In this document: one piece after another, positions 43,972-56,026 of the stretch
Position numbering within the stretch: position 1 is the stretch's first letter
Layout: each line of letters opens with the position of its first letter
NCBI GenBank assembly: GCA_025786725.1
Contig: JAHLTZ010000022.1
Location: forward strand, 310,001-374,000
DNA from: Syncephalis fuscata S228
Lineage: Eukaryota > Fungi > Zoopagomycota
DNA: 64,000 bases
Direction of reading: 5' to 3'
Made by a program: the position numbers and the translations under genes
Notes under the pieces: generated by a model
What the model saw: the letters and a program-made list of their open reading frames with translations, nothing else
Database searches by the model: none
What the model was told of the DNA's origin: nothing

Positions 43972-45727
43972 TTAATCAAAGTAATTTTTAGTTTTTTCAT
44001 AAACAGTGTATGAAATACCCACAGCCGGTACCACCTAAATAAATAAATAATAAAAATAATTCATTAATATTATTAACAGATTAACAAATAAATACACTTT
44101 AAACCTACCTTAACTAATGTAGGTACTAAACCTTTATAAAATCCACGAATACCTTCACGTTGTAGTGTAACGCGTACAACATCAAATGCACCGCTATAAG
44201 TTCTTGGATGGCCCGGTGTGCCTTGTGCTTGTAGACGAGTACGTACTAGAGAAAGTGGATAGACGGCCACTGCACCGGTTGTGCCGGAAATCATACCACA
44301 AATTAACGTACCCAATACTGAGGTTCAAACGGTTCATTAGCTGGCATCTTCGCTTGGCCACGTTTAATATAGGCAGTTTTTAACGTTTCAAAGCAAGCTA
44401 GATCGATAGCGGCAAATGGAAATACACCAACGAGCGATGGTACAACACCGCGGTAATAGGCGCGGAGGCCAGCTTCACGCCACATCTCACCAGCTACACG
44501 AAGCATAACGTTTGAGGATACAACGCCGGAAGAGGCGCTGACTCCAGAACTTGCCATCATTCTAGTCTTTAATGTTTCTAGTGGATAAATTGAGCCTTGT
44601 GAAATAACACCCGCTGTACCACCCGCCATAAATTTACTGATTAAACCGAGCTCAACGGGTGTACCATCGCTATTAAATTGGCCTGCGCCAAAGAGTCGTT
44701 TACAGCGATCATAAGTAAGAAATTTAATACCCGTTTCAGGAGCAATCTTGAGTACATTCAAACCATTGCCACGGAAAAAGTTACGAATGCCGCCTGACGT
44801 GTAGAGTTCACGTATACCATTAACGAGTGGATTGCCTTGTCCTGGTTGTGGTCGATGTGTTTGCAGGTAAATCTTCAATCGATCAAGGGGTGCTGTTGTT
44901 GTTCGTGATATGGTACCAGCAGTGGCACCGGCAATTAAATGGGTCCATACGCTTTTGGTGGCGACATCTGAAGTAATAATCACTTCACCATCGCTAGTAA
45001 TTTGGGCCATGCTGCGTAAATGTCGGTAAATGTTGCTTAAATTGATTTCACGGGGAAGGAATACAAGAAAATTACGCCATTCATCAAATTGAATACTGCC
45101 ATCACCGTTTGTATCAAGTAGACGCATAAACCGATCAACATCCGCGTCACTTACGGTAATGCCCGCTCGTTGAAGGCTTTCCTTTAACTCGTTCGATTGC
45201 AGCGCTTCATCGTGGCTAACATCCATTTCATCAAATATTTGCCGTAAAGCGCGCTCCTTGCGTTCAATAAACGCACGAAACTCGTCATAATCAATAATAC
45301 CGTCTTTTGTGCGATCAGCTACGCGAATAAGTTCGGATGCGGCAAATGCGCCATAGGATTGCCCGGTAATTTCACCAACGCCTTCTTCAATGTCTATTGG
45401 TCGTAAAAAGCCCGATCGACTTATATCCATACGTTCAAATAAAGCACGTATACGCTTTTCTCGTTCATAAGGTGTCTCGGCGTCTTTACGAGCTAAGGTC
45501 GAGATAGTTTTGGGTGAAACTTTAATGGCATTACTACTGTCGCCGTCATTGCCATCAGCAGTAGCCACCGGTTCGGACTTTTCGTCTTGTAATTTTGCAG
45601 TTAACCGTGTGCGCGCCAAGCCAGTTGCCGCGGCGGCGATATCTGCTGAAGATGACTCGGCCGTCACGACTTTTTCCTTGTTTTTATTTGAGCCTGAAGA
45701 AAACCACGGCACAGAAAAAGAAACCAT
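43972..45727 (-). CDS. SAL1: Ca2+-binding mitochondrial ATP-Mg/Pi carrier (SCaMC/Sal1), one frameshift near 44320
   Basis: EF-hands (DRTKDGIIDYDEF, DTNGDGSIQFDEW) followed by carrier motifs PLDRLK, PLETLKTRM, PLSLVRTRLQAQG. Confidence 0.92.
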
Positions 45728-46369
45728 GTTTACAGATCTAATGAAATCTAATATAAAACGTTGTTGAAATAAAAAAAAGCTATAAGCGAGTACGTACACT
45801 TCAACGAAAGTACAACGTCGAATATTGGAAAAGAAAACTTCAATTGCGACAAATTTGTCAATGCTATCTATCTATGTTCTATATATACATATTTATTCTA
45901 TACATGTAAACTGTAATACGATTGGACCCTTCATTTTCTCTTTCTCTCTTTTTCTGTGTGCGTCTGTGTGTGTGTGTGTGTCTATCTATCTCTGTATCTA
46001 TCTTGCTTTAATTTCATTGGAGCAATGGAAGGAGCAAATAAACGCCCAAGTGCATTGCAAAGGTTGAATAGCGTTGCCACAGGTAATAATATTATCAATG
46101 ATATCATTTACAACTTGTATATTACGTAGTATTTATCAATGCATGAGTCAGAATAGGCCTTTACAAATTGTTATTTATTAAATTTAGTGGATCGTATTTT
46201 GATAGTACAAAGTGTATTGGTTAAGTTGTACTTTGCATCTCTCAAGGCAATAAATCTTTTTACGCAATTGATTGTAATGATTTGCTTAGATTGCTTTGTG
46301 TTCAAACCATCATTCATAGTAAACATTAACATAATATTGTTGTCCATTATCGTTTTCATAAAGTAAAAT

Positions 46370-46760
46370 AGATTAATTGTAACAAAACATTGTATCAGTA
46401 GATGATATTTTAAACATTTAAATAAAAATGTAACATACTATTTGATTTCATTGAAACATTTGAGGCCAATTGTTGTTGTTGGCCATGCATAGGAAAATTG
46501 ATTGAATGTTAATAGAAGCCATTGATTGCAATTCCATGCCATTGTGCATGTGTTGTTGCATCTATGTACATCATTGATTATTGCATTTGAATGGTCTCTT
46601 CTATTTTCCAATTTTCTACTATTGCATTTTGGATATATTTGTAATGTAAGGCCAAGATTAATATAATTATTATAAAAGTCGTTTATTAAACAGTTACTTC
46701 CCTTATAGCCAATCTGACTAAATAAATGACATTTTGAACAATTAATATCATAATGACAAT
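46370..46760 (-). repeat. Copy of the AT-rich dispersed repeat
   Basis: Shares tatagccaatctgactaaataaatg and ttttctactattgcatttt with 40900-41260. Confidence 0.75.
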
Positions 46761-48132
46761 GTATATATTAAAGCAATAATGATGATAATTAATTAATTAA
46801 ATTATTTATTAATAATTACACATGAATTAATTAATGTTGGATGTAATATTATACATGTTATAGTAATGGATAGTGTTTAATTGTATTTAAAAGTGAAGGG
46901 GTGAAATGGATAAATGAAAATGTAAGAGTCAAAATACAATAGCTTCCTTTACTTAATAGTTAATAAATAGACTCATGTAATTCAGTGTCAAAAGATCAAA
47001 ATTGACATTCTTTACTTGATTGAACTACACATTGTTGTTCTACTAAACAAGGAACTGAATGGTGAGTGACATTAAGTATCGAATTATAATGCTTGAATAC
47101 TTTACAACAACAATAATATGGATCAACATTTATTTATTGCTACCATTTATCTATTTATTATATTTTATTGTAAGTAGCATGAAATAGTATAACATCATTA
47201 ACACTGACATCAGATATTGAAAATTGTGCTGTTTAATTGAAGTTGTCACATATTACTTTTGCTGTACATTGCGAATCATGTTCTTTCCACATCTAATCTT
47301 ATTAAAAGATTGCTTATTCAGCTTAATTGCTTAAACGTTTTTTATTTTTATTAATTTCAACAAAATGTTTATTTGATATAACAGCAATATTATAGGACTA
47401 TTGCATAATTGATTAATAAATAGCTGTTAATAATAATAAAGTTATAGCATATTTATGTTTATACAATATCACTTTGTTATAAATAGACTAAATAACTATT
47501 ATCTATTGGCTAGGCATTGTTAAATGTATATAGCAGATTATTATTACAATAGAAATATAAAGCCATTGTATTGATTAAAGGATCTAAAAATAAACCATTG
47601 TTACTACCTTGCTTGCATTATTATAATGTTGTGATGGTATGACTAAAAACGCATTGTATTCTGAGTGTTAGGCAAGTGTTAATAGGCATCAGTAATTAAC
47701 GGTATGGAATAACCCCAGGATAAGGTGTTGCTTGGCCATCTAATTTGCAATTTAAAAATTAGAAACATAACAATATAAGTCTCGTTTTTATAAAATGTAT
47801 AAACTATTACCTTTAAATAGCGAAAATCGTAATAAAGATTAAAAGTAAACAGGTTGTGCATGTGATTAACACCAAGTGCGATAACTGTTGAAGCAGATGA
47901 ATACATTTAAACTGGATAACATTGCAGCCAATAATAGAATATTGTTTAATGGAAAATTAATGGCTATAATAAGGTAATAGCAAATTGAGTAGACAAATAA
48001 ACAGTTTGTTTGGTTCATTAATTGCAAATAGTAATAATTTTGATTTTAACAAATAAAATGTTGCTGTTTTATTTGGTACCATAAGCTGCGTTTTATTAGC
48101 TTACAGTACTTTTAATTCCAAATCAAAACACT

Positions 48133-49940
48133 TTAGGCTTGCTTTTGTTTCTTCTGCTTAAGACGCAGTATACCAAATCCATATCTCACGACAGAAACAA
48201 ACAGATAGATTGATGTAGCAACAATTAAAAGTATAAAGGCGTATAGATCATAGTTGCCGGCTTTCCACCATGGCATGCGGAAATCCGCACTTTCGTGTGC
48301 TAGAATAGCACCGGGGATGGCGGCCAGCTCAACAAGATCAGCACCACGATTGTGATCACGATTAGCCATATGAAACATACGCTGAAGACGGTTAATGTTG
48401 GTACGGATCTCTTTAGCTTCCTCTGATCCAGGTGACAGTAGTCGATGGAAGGCATCGCTCAAAGTGTCATGGCTAATCTCCTTCTTAGACAGCCATAAAC
48501 CTGCTTTGTGTTTGGACATTTTGTTTGCATTGATTGTTTGATCACCAAAGCCTGGAAGGCCAAGAACTGGCACTCCAGCGTAAAGTGTTTCGTAAATAGA
48601 GCTAATGCCGCAGTGTGTAACAAACAGCTGAGTAGATGGATGCGCTAATACAGCACGCTGTGGTGCATTATCAAGCAGACGAATTACTGGATGCTTTCCA
48701 GAACGCATATCCTCAACACTATGGTCAACACCATCAATGGTAATTGTTTGCGGTATTGATTCTTTGTTATCAGCTGTCCGCATTAATCCCCAGATAACAC
48801 CGTCAAGCAGACCATCTCTATGAGCAACAAGCAATGAATAAAGTATTTTTGAAACACGATGAATTGGCAAAACAGAGGCAGTCCCAAATCCTACATAAAC
48901 GGTGCGTTTATGGGTATCCAAGAATTCGGCAAGCTCGTCAGGCAGTGCTTCAACGGCATTTGATATGTGCGGACCAATCATAAATGTGTTGGATGGCAAA
49001 GGTCGAGGAGTCTACACAGAACATTGTTAGAAATTATTAAAAGCGCAATCGTGCCATTACCTCAAAGCCAATAAAGTTATTAACCAATATAAATCCGTGT
49101 CGCCAAAGATCCGTGAATCCACTGTATGGTGTAATACCCGCCTTGGACATTGTAGCCTCTCTCTTTTTCAAAATCTCTTTTGCAGCAAAAAATACTTTTC
49201 CAGGGAAGATAATTTTGTCGTATAGACGATCAATAAATCCTACATTCTCATATGTGGGTGGCATATGTTGCATGCTGTTTGGTATATAAGGTTGCGCCGC
49301 ATGGCCTAGATATTACATTGTTACATATAATTACATTCTTTCTAATACACTTACCATTTGTTCCCAACATATGCATGGTAATGACAAACGGACAGCCAAC
49401 ATCGTGTGCAGCATCAACACAAGCAGGACTGCTAAAGTCGCATATGATCACGTCAGCCGAGTTGTCACGAATCCATTGACGATAGAATTGAACATTTTCA
49501 ACGTAGTTTTCTATGATTATGTCAAGCACCCAATTAATTAAGTCCGTTAATTTCATTTCTTCATCGGAAAATAAAGCCTGACGAGACATTTCTAAAAACA
49601 TAGCTTTATCCATTGGATTGGCGCCCATATCTACAGGACGTAACATAGGATGGTCCTTCAGCCACGAAGACAACGTATCGTTGTAGCCGGCAAATGCTAC
49701 TTTATGGCCGCGTGCAGCCAGGATATTGCCTATAGATAGCTGGGGCACTGCATGGGACTTGGTGCCTATCGCAGTGCTAATAAGAACATTCAACGGACGG
49801 CTGCCGAAGCTGGCGGGTGTTGGCCCAGAAGTATTCTGTTTGGTTGGTGCATTTGCGCTTTTAGCGGATATATACGTTGACTTAGAACACAATATGCAAC
49901 TAAGTGCAAGAAAACAAAATAGCAACTTTTTACAAAGCAT
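48133..49940 (-). CDS. Family-1 UDP-glycosyltransferase with signal peptide and C-terminal TM helix, 3 exons
   Basis: GTKSH...LAARGHKV; APQRAVLAHPSTQLFVTHCGISSIYETLYAGVPVLGLPGFGDQ; basic tail after the TM helix. Confidence 0.92.
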
Positions 49941-51419
49941 ATTGCAGTAACCAACGAATAAACAGTAAAAAGAGAAGTTGGGCTCAATTCCTTGATAATC
50001 CATTCCTTTTCAAAGGCAATGTTCACTCTGGTAAACCTCGTGTTTATCGTTACACCAACGTCGGCATAACATGTACGGTTGCAACGTCATGCTGATGATG
50101 AGTCAATATGAATAATCTATTAGTGTAAAAATATGCTATAATATGGTACAATATTTAATATCACGAATGCCCGTATTTTATTGTATCTAAAGCGTAAAGT
50201 AATTTTATAGCTAATTGAATATAAGAGTATATATATTAATGAATGTTATACCAAAAATCATCAATAAAATTTTGTAATTAAGTGACGTAACCTTTGACGT
50301 TACACTATCCACATTCATTGATATGACAGTTGTCAAAATAAAATGATTACATATAAAAACAATATAATCGTAATTACTATTTTTGTAATTAAATCATTAT
50401 ATTGCAACCACTGTGCTTAACTATTTATTAAATGAAATATCAGTATTAGCATTTATAAACCTAAAATACAGTAGGTTATTTTCTGACCTTGATAATTAAA
50501 CAAAAATACAAGTTACTATTGTTTAAATTGCATAATTCAACGAAGTTCAGTTTAAGCCTCGTTGTACTTAAATTAAGCTTTTCTCGTCAGGCTTCTTTGC
50601 CTGACTCTCCATTTTAATTGCTGACAGCATTACAAATACTTAATGCTGCCGGCCAAACATTAAATAAACAACTTTTTCTACTTCCAATTACTTTTAGCTT
50701 ATTTTCAGGTTTACACAGTTGAGACTTTTGTTTAAATTATTGAATAAAGCTATTTATTGCTAATAAGAGTTGTTAGCTATTAAATTAATAAATTTTATTA
50801 ATTTTATTAATTAACAATTGACTAAGCTACCTCTGTTACTCTCTCTCTTTTCTATTCAGGTTGCTTAGTAAAGCTTACAAGATCATAAACCGTGATTTTG
50901 TAACAATATGTTTCAATATAATTTACTCAGTCTACTCATTAAATTATATGAACTATACCTTTAACATTGCTTTATATGATTTCTTACCGTACATTTGTTA
51001 TTTTATATACGATTCTAGACTTATTTACCCTTCCTTTATCCAATGCTATTTTTATTTTTGTTCTAACTGTATTATTAATAAATGTCCATTAATATCGGTC
51101 ATCTGCTCATGCATACATGCTTAATAACTTTAACATTGCTAATCTCGCTCAATATTGCATATTTATTATAATGTTTATCATCTTATTGTATATTGGCTAT
51201 ACGCTGTCTATAGTCGTTGTCGGTATGGCTCCGACTCTTTTATTAATAAAAATAAACTTATCGCACCTAGTTTGTTCACTGAGTTATATTGGTAGAACAA
51301 ACAACATGAATATGAACGGAGTTATGTTTTATTAAGAATATTTATAAATAAACTAGATCATGTCAATTAGTTATGATTTTAATGTTGATCAAGCAAAATG
51401 ACGGGTATACATAGTAATA

Positions 51420-52300
51420 ATACATACCGTGATGATATATGCATATTGGATAATAAATCTACAATGATGGGTATTTGATGATTGATGTCACTTACCACCC
51501 ATCATGTTCAACAGATTAAATGTTATTAAAATATTCGGGAGAGTCGTGGTGGCCTAAACAGTCAAAGCGTCTTCCCTTAGTAGGAAAGTGTTGGTTCGCC
51601 TAGTTCGAATCTTGTTTTTAGAAAATGCGTGATGAATCCTTCCGTAGAAGAAATGGTCGATATTCCAACACGTGAGGAGAGCCACCAACGGTTTCAGTTG
51701 TAGATGGCAGGTTCTGCGTTGCGCGCGAATAGGTTCGAAATGAACCGTCTATTCTCCTAGGGTGGCAGGCAAATGCTGCAAATGCACGGTTAGGTCCTAC
51801 GGACCGTTGTCTCACTCAAGCTAATAAATCCGAACTTGAATGTTATTAAAATAGTCATTTAATCACAAATCATACTACAATAATTGATAAATTTAATTAG
51901 ATTGTATAATAATGTCAAATGCCACACAATATTTTATATGATGCTGCAGTTTATTTAGCCAATTAACAAGTACTAAAAGTTAAAAGCTAAAAATGAAATA
52001 GTACATAGCATGTATATATTAGTGCAACAACAACAATTGCGGAATGACATATAATTGCAATCATATGAAATTTATCAATATTTAATCAATATTTCTATCG
52101 TGGCCAGTAACGACAGCAATAATCAATCTTAAACGTTTCAATGAAATTAAATAGTATGTTACATTTTTTATTTAAATCAATTTATTAACAACATTTTAAT
52201 AGAAAGTAATATAGTTGTGATGTGCATAACCACACGAATTCAATTGGAATAAATCTACTTTGTGGACTCAAATGTGAGAGTCAAAGTAAAAATGACTTGA
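51420..52300 (+). repeat. Copy of the AT-rich dispersed repeat, interrupted by SINE-A
   Basis: Colinear with 18200-18740 once 51534-51838 is removed. Confidence 0.75.
51534..51838 (+). mobile_element. tRNA-derived SINE (family A) with 15-bp target-site duplication
   Basis: A-box-like TGGCCTAAACAG, B-box GTTCGAATC, higher GC than flanks; AATGTTATTAAAATA duplicated at 51519-51533 and 51839-51853. Confidence 0.8.
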
Positions 52301-53541
52301 TTATGTAAATATTACGTGCTTAATCCAATATTTTGTTTTATTTTAATATATAGCTATACAGCTCTTATTAATGCTTAATAAACAAAATTAATATTTCTTC
52401 CTATTACTATAATAATGTATAATATTAGTCGCTTACTTTGATAAATAATTAGATTAAGCCTTGTAATAGTTGGATTAGTTGGTAGTCGTATAAATGTAAG
52501 TATATAAGAAGTTACAGTGTGATTGTAAATATTTATACTCACAAACAACCATAATTATAAATTATAATGACAATAATAAATGATTTAATTACTAAAATTG
52601 TTAATTCAATTTTATTTACATTTCTCTGTTTTCTGTGCATTATCTCGGTTTAACGTTGCTGCTGTTTTGGTCACATTAGCAACAGCCAACTTTTGATAAA
52701 CGCAGTCCATTTTAGCATAGTTATAATGATTTGTTATAGGTCAAACCATTAATCCTTTGAGCTGCCAATTGTTTTTCCATTGGTTTCTGCTTTGACTTGT
52801 TCGTCTATATTCTATTTTGCTTAACTTGCTAGGATTGGTTTCGAAAATGTAAGTAGTACCTAGGCCTTGGATGATTACCAGTTGATATGCAATCCATCGA
52901 CACTATGCACTGAAATTGGTAATATTTGAGCAAAACTTTCTATTGTGTTTAATCTAGTGTTTGCATATTGTATTGCGTGTAATCTAGTCAATGCAATCTA
53001 GTTTACAGCTGAAAACTGATGACGAAAATGACTTGTTGGAATGTTCCATTGCTCAAAATGCTGTGATGCATTATGCTACAAACAATACTTATTGTATATT
53101 TAATTTCAGGTGATTTAGATTAGTCGCCATTTGAATGATGGTAGTTGCACAACATGTGGCATGATATGCCTGGATGTAATGCGTTTGTGAATTCAAAGCA
53201 ATGATTGCCCCATAACAATGGGCATAGTGTCGAATGAAATGTATACATGCATCAATCAACACACTTTATAATCTAAAATTACAGCTGACCTATGTATGGC
53301 AGTAAAACCTGTATAAAATACCAGTTTAACATATTAAACTTGTTTTTGCATCAGTGTTGTTGTGTGTTATTCTGTATGCAACAGATATTGAGAATCAAAT
53401 CGGTAGAAATGGCAGCAAAGACTTCATTATCGTTTTTACCAAATAGTTAAATCGTGTAACAAAAAATTCAGGCTAATATGTCTATTTTTATCCCATATTA
53501 CTGGATTACGAACATTGTTACATCATTCGTGTAAATAACTA

Positions 53542-53604
53542 GCAGATTGAAGTAAAGACCGGGCAGGTTAAAATCAAGACCGAGCAGATTAAAAGCAAGG
53601 CTGA
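53542..53604 (+). repeat. Three imperfect 21-bp tandem repeats upstream of microexon gene 1
   Basis: gcagattgaagtaaagaccgg / gcaggttaaaatcaagaccga / gcagattaaaagcaaggctga. Confidence 0.7.
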
Positions 53605-53886
53605 GATACATCCTATTACGGCATGAGTCTATTGGTACACGCGCACCTCAGTTCATTGTTTGGATTGCTTTATTGGTTCATATTATACATTAATGGTATA
53701 TATCGTATACTACAGTATACTAGTACTCAGCATAATCATAAGTTTAAATAGCCCACAAAATATACACAAATAACTGCGATATCATCATCCCACCCTACTT
53801 CTTATTAAACACACACTACTCTCCACTCTATACCAACCGCACTCTACTATCTCTTTTTTTGTTTGTCTCAACAAATTAATATCACC

Positions 53887-56026
53887 ACGAAGCTTTCCAT
53901 TGCCGTCGTTTGCACCATTGTCGTCGCGCCTGTGGCCGCTACAGCCATTGTGGATGCTGATCCAGCTTTAGTTCGTCGTGGTATGTTGCAATAACAATAA
54001 ATATGCCATAGCATTTGCTTACCAATAATATTGCTAACTAATGATGATATTAGATTGTAAGTTGTATTGCTTATTAACTGTAATTACTCATTAATTGCAT
54101 GTTATATACTATGTGTATTATTAACTTAATGCTAATAGGCGGTAAGTGATACTGTATATTACTGACTTATAAATTAATTAATAACATGTATTACGTGTAT
54201 ACATAACTTAATACCATAGATGGTAAGATGTATTGTGTATTAACCGACTATGTGCTAATTTTATGTGATACATTGTGTGTATCAACAACTTAATATAATA
54301 GATTGTAAGTTATATTTTATATTAAGCAAACATTGACTAATTATATACTATATATTGTGTACATCAATGACTTAATATTAATAGGCAGTAAGTAGCATTG
54401 TATGTTACTGACTTATAAATTAATTATATACCATACACTATGTGTATTAACGACTTAATATAATAGAAAGTAAGTTGTATTGTATATTATTATTTTATTT
54501 TATTTTGAAGAGCTTGTGAGCCCCCGCTGCGCATAATTAAAGAATTTGCGCTGCTTCCCACTATATTTGGACTTTTCCAAACTTTTAACGGGTGGACTGC
54601 CACGTTTTTGCGCAAAATCTGGTCCATATAGATTTTACACGGGGGCCATCTTCCTTTAAATGGTGCTACACAGCACTATTCTCTTGAAGTTGGTCCCAAT
54701 TGGGTTTTCCTCGGCTATTCTGGCCAAGGTCTTGTTTCCGGACCTACTTATTGGGTTCTGGTTTGCAATTTGTTAACTAGAGAAAACTGGGGGGGGGGAT
54801 TTTCCACTTAAGGATTGATTCAAACTGAGGTTTGAACCCGGAGCCTTCAGCTCGGGAGACGCTGCCTTACCAACTGGGCTAGCAACGTCCCCCTTGTATT
54901 GTATATTAACTGCCTATGTACTAATTATATATTGTGTATTATATGTATCAATAACTTGGCACTAATTACGTGTTATATATTGTGTGCATCAACAATCTTA
55001 TTAATAGGCAGTAAGTGGTATTGTATATTAGTTGACTATATATTAACTGCTATTTATTAATAATACCAATTATTTAATATTAATAGAATGTAAGTGATAT
55101 TGTATATTAGCTGACCATAGATTAACTATACTGTTTACTAATGGTATTAATTATTTAATATTAATAGAATGTAAGTGATATTGTATATTAGCTAACTATA
55201 CATTAACTATTTGTTTACTAATGGTATTAATTATTTAATATTAATAGGCGGTAAGTGATATTGTATATTAATTGACTATACATTAACTATACTATTTACT
55301 AATTGTATTAATTATTTAATATTAATAGTTGGTAAGTGATATTGTATATTAGCTGACTATACATTAACTATACTATTTACTAATTGTATTAATTATTTAA
55401 TATTAATAGAATGTAAGTGTATTGTATATTATGTACCGTTTACTAATTATATATTATGTACTTTATGAATCAACAACATTATTGATAGATTGTAAGTATA
55501 ATTTTATATTAATTGACTATGTACTGACCACATGCTATATAATGTGCGCATCAACAACTTAATATAATAGGCAGCAAGTAGTATTGTATATCACTTGACT
55601 ATTTACTAATTATATATTGCATTTTGTGTATCAATAACTTGCTACTAATAGACAGTAAGTTGTATTGTATACTAACTGGCTACTCACTAATTACATGCTA
55701 TTTACTGTATCCATCAACAACTTAATATCAATAGAGCGTAAGTTGTATTGTATACTAACTGGCTACTCACTAACTAAATGTTATTTACTGTATTCGCCAA
55801 CAATTTAATATTAATAGAATGTAAGTAGCATTGTATATTAATTGACTATGTACTGACCAAATGCTATATACTGTGTGTATTAATAACTTAATATAATAGG
55901 CAGTAAGTAGTACTGTATATTAATAGATTATACATTAACTATATGACATGTAATATCTTTCTTTATAAATGCCGATAACCCGCAGCTATAAGAGCATCAG
56001 CATCGGTAGTACAATCAAACCACTAG
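53887..56026 (+). CDS. Microexon gene 1: secreted Cys-rich peptide precursor with 18 three-nucleotide exons; ACG start and one in-frame stop, so possibly a pseudogene or dependent on exon skipping
   Basis: Exon 1 is 53887-53980: (M)KLSIAVVCTIVVAPVAATAIVDADPALVRR+G. TAG|NNN|GT(GC) exons start at 54054, 54139, 54220, 54302, 54385, 54467, 55008, 55087, 55168, 55248, 55329, 55410, 55489, 55571, 55652, 55735, 55818, 55900. Final acceptor uncertain (55985, 56000 or 56009, all in frame to TAG 56026). Confidence 0.75.
53981..55940 (+). repeat. Tandem array of ~79-85-bp intron+microexon units
   Basis: Consensus GTAAGTnnnnTTGTATATTA...CTAATT...AACTTAATATTAATAG + NNN. Confidence 0.95.
54490..54893 (-). 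mobile_element. tRNA-derived SINE (family B), copy 1, inside an intron of microexon gene 1
   Basis: Reverse complement of 60809-61210 with no differences seen apart from the tail; TSD TTGTATTGTATATTA at 54475-54489 and 54894-54908. Confidence 0.9.

Noticed and set aside
52620-53000. Slightly GC-richer stretch that could be a gene remnant
   Set aside because: Multiple stops and no recognisable motif in the frames I read.
53981-55940. CRISPR array or plain satellite interpretation of the ~82-bp repeats (also 61211-63317)
   Set aside because: Eukaryotic context with no cas genes; the variable part is 3 nt bounded by splice signals, and the triplets join into a meaningful peptide behind a signal-peptide exon.
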